Source: Candidatus Bathyarchaeia archaeon
Lineage (GTDB): Archaea > Thermoproteota > Bathyarchaeia > 40CM-2-53-6
NCBI GenBank assembly: GCA_049586635.1
Contig: JBAVCK010000126.1
Span: 1 to 49,785, forward strand
DNA length: 49,785 nt
Direction: 5' to 3'
Shown piece by piece: positions 30,296-37,976 of the stretch. The notes beneath the pieces are model-generated. The model had not been told where the DNA came from and searched no databases. It saw only the letters and a list, made by a program, of their open reading frames with translations. Both the position numbers and the translations under genes were made by a program. Each line of letters begins with the position of its first letter. Position 1 is the first letter of the stretch.

Positions 30296-30994
30296 TTACT
30301 GAAGTACGTCTACTTCGCCGGTTCGGCGCCCAACGTAGACTACATCAGCTAAATTCAGAAATAACCCGGTCTCTATCAATCCTGGCACAGCTTTCAAACG
30401 TCGTTGCAGAAGTGTTGCGTTTTCTATTTTACCGAAATCAGCGTCTAGAACGAAGTTTCCGTTGTCCGTCACGACCGGGCCGACTTTTCCTTGGCCCTCC
30501 CGGAGCTTCGCTCTACCACCCATCCTCGTGACTTGAATCTGCACATGCTTATGCGCGAAAGGCAGTACCTCTAATGGGATTTGTTGCGCGCCACCAAGGT
30601 GTTTCGATAGTTTGTTTTCGTCTACAACTATTGCGACTCTCCGCGCTGCCGAGTCGACTATCTTCTCCCTAAGCAGGGCGCCGCCTCCGCCTTTGATTAG
30701 GTTGAGCGAAGGCAATTCAACCTGGTCAGCTCCATCAATTGCATAATCGATTGTGAATGCCTCATTCATACTGAGGATTCTGAGCCCATGGGATATGGCT
30801 AGATTTTCGATCTGGTGCGACGTGGGGACAACGGAAACCTCTAGTTTTCTACCCTTGATCAACCTTGCGAGTTCGGTTACGGCGTAGGCCATTGTGGAAC
30901 CGCTGCCGAGGCCGATTATCCACCCATTCTTTATGGGCTGCAGGGCTCTGAGGACGGCTTTGTGTTTTGCGCCCTCAACCCAAGACAAGTTCAT
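30296..30994 (-). CDS. rpiA: ribose-5-phosphate isomerase A
   Basis: GLGSGSTMAYAV, IDGADQV and KGGGGALLREKI are the canonical RpiA blocks. Confidence 0.9.
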   Translation of the reverse strand: MNLSWVEGAKHKAVLRALQPIKNGWIIGLGSGSTMAYAVTELARLIKGRKLEVSVVPTSHQIENLAISHGLRILSMNEAFTIDYAIDGADQVELPSLNLIKGGGGALLREKIVDSAARRVAIVVDENKLSKHLGGAQQIPLEVLPFAHKHVQIQVTRMGGRAKLREGQGKVGPVVTDNGNFVLDADFGKIENATLLQRRLKAVPGLIETGLFLNLADVVYVGRRTGEVDVLQ

Positions 30995-31635
30995 TCTTCC
31001 GTTTCAATCTGTTCAAGTCGGTCCATGGCTTGGAGAATTTCCTCGCGGATCTTTTCGATACGTTTCTCAGCGTCAGTAACCTGCTCCTCTTCCTTCTGCT
31101 TCCCCAGCGGGTTTTGGCTTGAATGCTCTCCTTCGGTTACCTTTCTCTCCGTCGCCCGTTCGCGTTGTTCGCGTGTCAGTTGAATAGGGTTCTGGGGCCT
31201 TGATGTCCCCGACCTAAGCTCCTTGATTCTAGTTTCAATTTCTGCCAGTTTGGCTTTGTAGTTCTTTGTGACCTCTTCCCTCTCAACTTCTAGGTCAAAG
31301 AGGTCTACTACTCGCTGGTTTTCCTCGATCGCGTTCTCAAGCCTCTTCAGATCCACTTTGTACTTCTCAAGGAGCCGATCCCTTTCCGCCTCCGTAATGA
31401 CCCCCTTCGTTTGTGACTCGTAAATAGTGGTTACCGCTGAGCCGAGTATCTGCCGTTCCAGCTTCAGGACTTTGAGGGCCTCCCTAGCACGGTTCACTGC
31501 CTCAAGTGAAGCGGAAGGGGGCACGCCGAGCGTTGATGCAGACAAGTTTGGGAGCGGAATGACCCTCTCGGGTCCAGGGGCAGTTCGGGGTTCTTTTCTC
31601 TTCCAAAATGCGATGACCGTGACCAAGCTGACCAA
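30991..31635 (-). CDS. hypothetical coiled-coil protein with N-terminal membrane anchor
   Basis: 214 aa with an N-terminal hydrophobic helix followed by long heptad-like charged helices (E/K/R-rich). Overlaps the rpiA start by 4 nt. Confidence 0.5.
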   Translation of the reverse strand: MVSLVTVIAFWKRKEPRTAPGPERVIPLPNLSASTLGVPPSASLEAVNRAREALKVLKLERQILGSAVTTIYESQTKGVITEAERDRLLEKYKVDLKRLENAIEENQRVVDLFDLEVEREEVTKNYKAKLAEIETRIKELRSGTSRPQNPIQLTREQRERATERKVTEGEHSSQNPLGKQKEEEQVTDAEKRIEKIREEILQAMDRLEQIETEE

Positions 31636-31876
31636 GATCGGCCCCTGAATTACGTATGGTTATCTTTCATTGAGTGTATTAATGCTTCGCGCCATTAAGG
31701 AGTCATTCTGAATGCATCAAGACTCCACACAATTATTTCAAAACCTGCAAGCGTTGAATAGTTTCGGATTCATTGGTTGAAAAGTTGCATCATGCTTTCG
31801 CGTTTCCTTGGCGCGAACATGAAGTCTTTTACCATCCTCTGCATCCAAGACTAATGACATCGGAGGTCGAGAATGC

Positions 31877-32326
31877 ATGCATTTAGAAGGGTCATTTGAA
31901 ACCCCAGCCCCCCGAAAGACTGTGTACGATTTCCTCCTCAGCCCGAAGGATATCGCACCATGCTTCCCTGATCTGCAATCGATGGAGATACTCTCTCCGG
32001 ACAGCTTCAGAGCCAAAGTCAAGGTGGGCATATCGCTTGTGAAGGGGACGATGGAATTTGAATTCCGAACAGCCGACAAAGTTCCGCCAAGCTCCGCGAA
32101 ACTCATCGGAACCGGGCGAGGCGTAGGAAGCACAATTGATATGCAAACCGGGTTCACCCTTGAAGAGGCAGGCGCTGGGACGAAGGTCGGATGGGTTGCC
32201 GACGTGAACGTGGGAGGGATTATGGCTGGGCTTGGCACGAAGCTTCTCGATTCCACGTCAAGCAAGATGGTTGGACAGGTTATAGAGAACCTCAAGAACA
32301 GGTTGAAGGAACACACCGGCGCTTAG
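31877..32326 (+). CDS. SRPBCC-fold protein, CoxG (carbon monoxide dehydrogenase subunit G)-like
   Basis: 149 aa. MHLEGSFETPAPRKTVYDFLLSPKDIAPCFPD...KVKVGISLVKGTMEF matches the CoxG family pattern. Confidence 0.7.
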   Translation: MHLEGSFETPAPRKTVYDFLLSPKDIAPCFPDLQSMEILSPDSFRAKVKVGISLVKGTMEFEFRTADKVPPSSAKLIGTGRGVGSTIDMQTGFTLEEAGAGTKVGWVADVNVGGIMAGLGTKLLDSTSSKMVGQVIENLKNRLKEHTGA

Positions 32327-32440
32327 CCCTATCGATAAGGCCACTCCCCGAGACTGGTGGGCAGGCGGGGTCCAGTAGGGAGTTTTGGTAATCGCTCTCG
32401 TTTTTCACTATTTTGACGGCTAGGGTGGTTGAATGAGCAG

Positions 32441-33664
32441 TCAGCTGTATGCTTCGAAACCTTTCCCCAGAATCAACGAAGCTATCTTGAGCTCCATGAT
32501 CTCGTCCGTGCCTTCATAGATTCTCGCCACCCGGGCATCGCACAAATGCCTGGCAACGGGGGACAGCAGGGAATAGCCGAAACCCCCGAACACCTGAACC
32601 GCTAGATCGGCGCTCTCGTACGCCAATCGAGAAGCGACACGCTTTGCGATTGCCGATTGAAGGTCAACCTTGTTTCTAAGCTCTAGGTCGGCAAGGTTCG
32701 AGTCAAGCCTCGTCTTCTCGACAGCAGCATAATACGTTGGCCATCTTGCCATCTCGAGGTTCATCGCTATGTTTGCGATGTGGCGTTGAATCAATTGGTG
32801 TTTGCCGATGGGCTTCCCGTGTTGCACGCGCGACTTTGCACGTTCCGTTACAGAATTAAGACAATCTCCAATGATGCCAACGCATCCTGACCCTATCCCA
32901 ATCCTTCCGTTCAAAAGCGCCGAGTAGGCAACATGCAAGCCCTTCCCAGGCTGCCCCAGCAAGTTATCCTTGGGGACGCGTACGTCGGACAATTCAAGCA
33001 TAGCCGTGTCCGAAGTGAAGAGGCCAATCTTCTCTTCGAGGTGCATGGCAACGGAGAAGCCTTCAGACTTCGAGTCGACGACGAAGGCTGACATGCCTTC
33101 CTTCTTGCCTTTCGGGTAAGCGAAAATTATGAGCGCGTCGGCGACGGACCCGTTCGAGATGAGGTATTTGGTGCCGTTGAGAACATAGCCGCCATCACGC
33201 TCCTCATAGCTGGTCTTGAGTGAGGTTGGTTCGCTTCCTGCTTCGGGTTCTGTCAAACCATAAGCTAGAACTTTCTGCCCCTTAGCTGCCGGAACGAGGT
33301 AATCCTTCTTCAGATGTTCGTTGCCCCATTGTTGAATTGCCAGTGAGGCTAGGAGGCAGTGGACGTCAACGAACGTAACCACACTCAACCCAATCTGCCC
33401 GAAACGTTCAAGCGCCAGTGCCCACGTGAGCGAGTCGGCTCCGACTCCTCCATACTCCTGGGAAACTGTGAGGCCCATGAGATTGTATTTCTTCAGCGTC
33501 TCTGGCGTGTCGGGATTGTACTTGTGTGCTATGTAGTGCTCGAACTCGGAAAGGTAAAGCTCCTTGCACGCTTCATCCACGCGTTCCAGAATTCTCAGCT
33601 GCTCGTCGCTTAGCTCGCGCAGTCGACTGGCTAGCTGAACTGATTCCGCGAAAGAGCCTTCCAA
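32441..33664 (-). CDS. acyl-CoA dehydrogenase
   Basis: 407 aa with GLTEPEAGSE, the YEGTDEIMELKIA C-terminal motif, and the typical three-domain length. Confidence 0.9.
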   Translation of the reverse strand: MEGSFAESVQLASRLRELSDEQLRILERVDEACKELYLSEFEHYIAHKYNPDTPETLKKYNLMGLTVSQEYGGVGADSLTWALALERFGQIGLSVVTFVDVHCLLASLAIQQWGNEHLKKDYLVPAAKGQKVLAYGLTEPEAGSEPTSLKTSYEERDGGYVLNGTKYLISNGSVADALIIFAYPKGKKEGMSAFVVDSKSEGFSVAMHLEEKIGLFTSDTAMLELSDVRVPKDNLLGQPGKGLHVAYSALLNGRIGIGSGCVGIIGDCLNSVTERAKSRVQHGKPIGKHQLIQRHIANIAMNLEMARWPTYYAAVEKTRLDSNLADLELRNKVDLQSAIAKRVASRLAYESADLAVQVFGGFGYSLLSPVARHLCDARVARIYEGTDEIMELKIASLILGKGFEAYS

Positions 33665-33779
33665 GCCAAAGCTTCCCTCAGCCCCTCAACTTTCATTTGC
33701 GCCTTTTCAAACCTCCGGCGCGTCATTTACCGTCCCACGCTGGCAAGCTTCTTACATAACCAAGTAGGTGAATTAATGG

Positions 33780-34187
33780 TTGGTAGCTATGCGCTTCGTT
33801 TACTTTGGCGTCCGAGTGAGCAACCTGAACCGGTCGCTTCGGTTCTACACGAAAATCTTGGGCATGAAGGTAATTCACAGGGGAACAATGCGCCACGGAG
33901 GAGTGTTCGTCCACCTCAAGAACCCCGGATCGGCGCAGAGGCTGGAACTCAACTACTATCCGTCCCGGAACAGGTTTTACGAACGGTACCGGCCAGGAAC
34001 GGAGATGGACCATATTGGGTTCTGGGCCGATGATGTTGACCGAACTTATGCCATGCTCATTGCGAAGGGGGCTAAGAGAGCAGTTGCACCCTTCTCTAAT
34101 GGTCGCGAGAGATTAGCCTACGTAAAGGACCCGGACGGAATCTGGATTGAGCTCTTCGGCACCGACAAGCGAAAGAAGCCCCGTTAG
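33780..34187 (+). CDS. VOC-family protein (glyoxalase I / methylmalonyl-CoA epimerase-like)
   Basis: 135 aa with FVYFGVRVSNLNRSLRFYTKILGM, HIGFWADDVD and KDPDGIWIEL motifs. Confidence 0.8.
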   Translation: MVAMRFVYFGVRVSNLNRSLRFYTKILGMKVIHRGTMRHGGVFVHLKNPGSAQRLELNYYPSRNRFYERYRPGTEMDHIGFWADDVDRTYAMLIAKGAKRAVAPFSNGRERLAYVKDPDGIWIELFGTDKRKKPR

Positions 34188-34295
34188 CAAATCAAGTTAG
34201 ACCTAGCACGGTCCATTGATCTACCTTTTCTTGGGTTGAAGCGTTCAAGCCATTTAATATATCCAAGCGCTTGTAATTCTTGACTGGTGAGTTGA

Positions 34296-34385
34296 TTGTC
34301 TCTAGGAACATATATTTGCCCTGCTTGCAAAATGTTCTTCAAAACAAAAGAAGAACTTGAAGCACACGCAAAGTCAGCACACTAG
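34296..34385 (+). CDS. 29-aa C2H2 zinc-finger mini-protein (TTG start), tentative
   Basis: Hand translation: (M)SLGTYICPACKMFFKTKEELEAHAKSAH-stop, which is C-x2-C-x12-H-x4-H with F and L at the canonical hydrophobic positions. Confidence 0.3.
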   Translation: MSLGTYICPACKMFFKTKEELEAHAKSAH

Positions 34386-34889
34386 GCACAGACGAGCGCC
34401 TTCAAGTCTTCGCGAACTCTTTTCTTTGAGTTCGTATTGCAAATAACCTCTCATTCTTCTTATCCTACTACGACAGCGTAGAACGATTCAGTTACCATCG
34501 AGTCAAGTAATGCCCTAACAAGGCTACATTTTGCCGGACTTCATCGGGATTGACGTCTCGTTGCGCAGGTCCCACAATTACAACAAGGGACCACGTTAGC
34601 ATCTCGAAAAAGCACGTGAAATCTATTCTACACAAACATGCGGTGTCATAGACCTTGACCTTCCTGTGAGACTGGCGGCTGCAGCTACGTGACCAGACCG
34701 GTGAGTGTGAGTTTAAGCGTGTGCAATAATTCGTGGGTAATGTACAGGATTCTTCGAGGGTTCAACTGTTCGCGCGGGCTTATGCTGTTCGACACCTAAT
34801 GGCTTATGTTTTGGGTAAGTTGTTTCTCTCTTTTTAAGGGGTTCAAATCATATTATTTGATATGAAATGAACAAAGAGTGTGAAGTAAT

Positions 34890-35129
34890 TTGAGCACTTT
34901 TCTTAGAAAGCATATTGTTGCAAGGTATTGTGTTGGACTGACTTTTGTTACTTGTCTATCCGTGCTTGTTGTGTACGCAGTTCATGGATGGACGTGGAAT
35001 TCACAATTTGCAGGAGGAAGAATTACGTTGACTCTGCCTGAGTTTGTAATTACTATCGTCCTACTCACACTGGTTGCTGGCATATGTATTGACATGTGGA
35101 GAAGCCGGAATCCAACCAAACGAAAGTAA
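34890..35129 (+). CDS. small two-TM hypothetical protein
   Basis: 79-aa ORF in an AT-richer, gene-poor stretch. It has two hydrophobic helices. No family recognised. Confidence 0.35.
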   Translation: MSTFLRKHIVARYCVGLTFVTCLSVLVVYAVHGWTWNSQFAGGRITLTLPEFVITIVLLTLVAGICIDMWRSRNPTKRK

Positions 35130-35264
35130 ACAGCCCCAAGCACCAAACGACAATGACGCGTTACCCAGAACCAAAATCCCGAAAATTAGACACCTAGTGA
35201 CATAAACCATTAGACGCCTAAACCCATATGTCACAGCCGAATTTTTACACAGGCTTAGTTTAGC

Positions 35265-35373
35265 TGGAGCCCCGGGCGGGATTTGAACCCGCGACCTTCG
35301 CCTCTTTGTCTGTTCGTTACCAAGGCGGCGCTTTTGGCGTTGTGTTGTTTCTACCAGGCTGAGCCACCGGGGC
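35265..35373 (-). tRNA. tRNA-Thr(GGU) with two introns (D-arm and anticodon loop); encoded CCA
   Basis: Minus-strand read: GCCCCGG TG GCTC AGCCTGGTA G[18-nt insert]AGC G CCGCC TTGGTAA [14-nt insert] GGCGA AGGTC GCGGG TTCAAAT CCCGC CCGGGGC T CCA. There is one C-A mismatch at 27:43. The anticodon assignment is less certain than for the other tRNAs. Confidence 0.7.
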
Positions 35374-35773
35374 CTTCGAGCGGGCTGCCCTATACACAAC
35401 TTCGCTAAATATGTGCTGAGAAGACACCCGACATTTCTGAAGAGAAGTCGTGCGGACTAACGACAAGGTTGATGGAACCTTAGTCAGTTATTGAGAACTT
35501 TGTCTCCGAAGCATAACTCGCGCGGGCCACTAGGCGATCGGACAATCTTCTGAGCAGCAAGCGTTCTAAACGGAACTACATGGCGTCATTAGTGAAAAAC
35601 CCCTATTACAGGTGTACCAGTCACAAGAGAACGAGGTGCCTAGACCCAGTAACAACGTTTTGCGTTAAAAAATGGTATTATTGCGCTTTTATCATTCACC
35701 TATTTGACAATAGTTAAGCAAACGCTTAAGTGCGTTGACGACGGCTGCGTGTTTCCGAGTTAAATTAACTAAA

Positions 35774-35778
35774 GGAGG
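35774..35778 (+). promoter_or_regulatory. Shine-Dalgarno (GGAGG) for the first gene of the ubiquitin-like cluster
   Basis: AAAGGAGGCT lies 12 nt upstream of the ATG at 35791. Confidence 0.5.
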
Positions 35779-35790
35779 CTAATTAGGAAA

Positions 35791-36576
35791 ATGGTCAGAA
35801 AATGCCCAGCATGCGGCTACAACAACCGCGACGACGCAGCATTCTGCTCAAGCTGTGGCTCATCACTCGCAGGCGCAGCAGGACCCACACTCAAACCAGT
35901 CCCTTCAGTCCGAGTTGTAACACCTGTCAGCCCTGGCAACCCGATCAGGGTTCCAGCACCTGGCCAATGTTACTATCACCCTAGCCTACCCGCCGTCTAT
36001 GTTTGCAACCGTTGTGGAAGAGCGATCTGCCGCGACGACTCGAAGGCATACATGGACCTTGTACTCTGTCCGCAATGTTACCAAGGCGTTGTACCGATGG
36101 TAGCAGCTCCACAACAGCAAATGCCATCGATGCAAATGCCACCTTATCAACCGATGCCAGGACCCGCCTACGGTCCACCCCCAATGGCAGCGCCGGCTCC
36201 CTTCATGGGACCATTGCCCCCGCTTTACCAACCTGCTCCCCCGAGAGCTCTCTGGGGCTTCATACTAGCAATGATCGCAGGCATACTTGTGATACTTAAC
36301 GCAGCAGCTTTGCTTTCACCGAGTTTCTACACTCTATGGACAGGCATCTTCTTCTGGTTGCCAGCTGTCGGCCCGGCAAGTCTAACGTTCGCTATAGGAG
36401 CGATAATCGGGCTCATACTGGTAATCGGATCAATACTAATGCTACTAGGATACGGAACCATAGGCAGCATAGTTGTCTTTCCACTTGCTGTCTTGAGCTT
36501 GCTGATCGGCGGTGGCTTCGTGGCCGGATTCGTTCTGGGCGTGCTGGGTGGAATACTCGGCATGCTAGGACGCTAG
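35791..36576 (+). CDS. membrane-anchored zinc-finger protein: RanBP2/NZF-like zinc ribbon + B-box-2-like finger + Pro/Met-rich linker + 3-4 TM helices (candidate E3/adaptor)
   Basis: CPACGYNNRDDAAFCSSCG matches C-x2-C-x3-N-x6-C-x2-C. CYYHPSLPAVYVCNRCGRAICRDD...CPQC matches C-x2-H-x8-C-x2-C-x4-C-x2-D-x9-C-x2-C. The linker is QQQMPSMQMPPYQPMPGPAYGPPPMAAPAPFMGPLPPLYQPAPP. The C-terminal half is hydrophobic and Gly-rich. Confidence 0.75.
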   Translation: MVRKCPACGYNNRDDAAFCSSCGSSLAGAAGPTLKPVPSVRVVTPVSPGNPIRVPAPGQCYYHPSLPAVYVCNRCGRAICRDDSKAYMDLVLCPQCYQGVVPMVAAPQQQMPSMQMPPYQPMPGPAYGPPPMAAPAPFMGPLPPLYQPAPPRALWGFILAMIAGILVILNAAALLSPSFYTLWTGIFFWLPAVGPASLTFAIGAIIGLILVIGSILMLLGYGTIGSIVVFPLAVLSLLIGGGFVAGFVLGVLGGILGMLGR

Positions 36577-36631
36577 CGGCACAATAATCATTCCCAATTT
36601 TTTGTCTCCTTCCGGTTTCTTGGTGTAGGCT

Positions 36632-37774
36632 TTGTCCTACGTGAGCATAGCGAAGCCCGTTAACGATAAAATAGTCCGGGCTGCGCGCACGACTAAGAAT
36701 GAAATAATCGGCGTACTGATAGGACGGTTTCAGGACAATACCATAATAATCGAAGACTCGGTCACCGGTGAATCCGCCGCCGAGCCGCACCGAGCAATCC
36801 TCTCATCGAAAGCGTTGGCGGAGATTGCGGACGGAATTGTGACCGGCCGGATAAAGGGCAATATTGTCGGCTGGTACCACTCACACACCCACGGCGGGCT
36901 CTTCTTCTCGCAAACAGACATCGCAACCCAATCAATACTCCAACAGTTTTCAACACTCATTTCTGGAATGGTCGTGGACGCCTCGACCGGCGATGTGGGC
37001 TTCTTTCGCGTGGAGCCTTCGAGTGGGCAAGCCGTCCGCATATCTGCTGAAAGAATCACAGTCTTCACCGTGCGGTCGGCGGCGGTTCGGCCCGAGGCAA
37101 GAGCGGAGCCCCCTGCTGCGATACCAACGGTCGAAGTGAAGCAGTCTAATTCCCGGATACGCATACTTGGAATCTTCGGAGCCGTTGGTCCTATTGTCTA
37201 TATCGCCGCCGTCTTGATTGGCGGTTTCTTATGGCCTGGGTACTCACACTATAGCCAGACAGTGAGCACGCTCATCTCATCGCGTGCTCCTAACCAAGTC
37301 ATAATGGTGCCTCTTTTCGCCTTCTACAATGTTTGCTTGATCCTTCTGGCGGTTGGTCTATACTATGGAATCCAGAAAGAAGTCAGACACATTTGGGGTT
37401 CGGCGTTCCTAGTCGCCGCAGGCGCTGGGGGCCTGGTTCTCTTTCTTTTCCCGCAAGATTATACCGCCGGTCCTCCGTTCGCTGTATTGGACTTGCTGCA
37501 CTTGGTCATCACAGGAATTATTGCATTCTTCTCGCTTGCAGCGATTGCTCTCTTTTGGCTACAATTCCGTCTCGACCCACGTTGGAAAGGCTACGACCGT
37601 TTCAGTATCGTAATGCTACCAATCGCGCTTACCCTAGGTGTCCTCGGCCTCATCTCGATTTCCGCCCCATACGCAGGCCTTGCCGATAGATTGTCCATTG
37701 GATCATTACTGTTATGGATTGAGGTCGCTTCAACTGGACTCATCATTCGTGGTTCAAAGGGTTCCGCACCGTAG
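36632..37774 (+). CDS. JAMM/MPN+ (Rpn11-like) metalloisopeptidase fused to a polytopic DUF998-like membrane domain
   Basis: Has the catalytic Glu context KNEIIGVLIG and an exact JAMM motif HSHTHGGLFFSQTD (H-x-H-x7-S-x2-D, nt 36878-36919). The C-terminal about 200 aa hold about 6 TM helices and the PGYSHYSQTVSTL signature of DUF998. TTG start (GTG at 36641 is an alternative). Confidence 0.85.
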   Translation: MSYVSIAKPVNDKIVRAARTTKNEIIGVLIGRFQDNTIIIEDSVTGESAAEPHRAILSSKALAEIADGIVTGRIKGNIVGWYHSHTHGGLFFSQTDIATQSILQQFSTLISGMVVDASTGDVGFFRVEPSSGQAVRISAERITVFTVRSAAVRPEARAEPPAAIPTVEVKQSNSRIRILGIFGAVGPIVYIAAVLIGGFLWPGYSHYSQTVSTLISSRAPNQVIMVPLFAFYNVCLILLAVGLYYGIQKEVRHIWGSAFLVAAGAGGLVLFLFPQDYTAGPPFAVLDLLHLVITGIIAFFSLAAIALFWLQFRLDPRWKGYDRFSIVMLPIALTLGVLGLISISAPYAGLADRLSIGSLLLWIEVASTGLIIRGSKGSAP

Positions 37775-37787
37775 CTGGCTGAATAGA

Positions 37788-37976
37788 ATGAATAAGGAGG
37801 CCACGACGTTAGACGAAGGCTCCGGAACAGAAGGTTACCACATCGGCCTCCCAGGCTCACAATGCATACCATGCACCCAACAAGAGCCACCCGGGGCGGG
37901 GACCTTGCCTTCACGCACCATCCGATTCATAGCAAGACAGTTTAAGCTCATCTGCGAAAATGAAGGCCCAGCATGA
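37788..37976 (+). CDS. possible 62-aa ORF translationally coupled to the Ubl gene
   Basis: The ATG at 37788 comes 14 nt after the JAMM stop. Its TGA stop overlaps the ATG at 37973 (ATGA). The sequence MNKEATTLDEGSGTEGYHIGLPGSQCIPCTQQEPPGAGTLPSRTIRFIARQFKLICENEGPA has no recognisable family. Confidence 0.25.
   Translation: MNKEATTLDEGSGTEGYHIGLPGSQCIPCTQQEPPGAGTLPSRTIRFIARQFKLICENEGPA

Noticed and set aside
30991-31635. Coiled-coil membrane-anchored protein as a possible ESCRT-III/Snf7 or PspA-like protein (which would tie in with ubiquitin-dependent sorting)
   Set aside because: Only generic heptad-like charged helices are visible. There is no recognisable Snf7/Vps or PspA signature, and it lies 4 kb from the operon in an unrelated rpiA context. 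The evidence is insufficient.
31738-32316. 192-aa ORF antisense to the CoxG/SRPBCC gene
   Set aside because: It is fully embedded opposite a gene with a recognisable family signature. Its Ser/Pro/Thr/Arg-rich composition is typical of antisense shadow ORFs. The same reasoning applies to 671-1135, 2119-2457, 14290-14709, 22025-22597, 25198-25662, 36730-37164 and the other nested track ORFs.
35061-35399. 112-aa ORF on the minus strand
   Set aside because: It spans the tRNA-Thr(GGU) gene on the same strand. The tRNA fold explains the conserved sequence, and the peptide is Arg/Cys-rich nonsense.
36090-36240. PPLY / MPPY sequences in the Pro-rich linker as functional PPxY (WW-domain/NEDD4-type) motifs
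   Set aside because: No WW-domain protein is visible in this window, and such tetrapeptides arise easily in Pro/Tyr-rich low-complexity linkers. It is mentioned only as a curiosity within the main finding.
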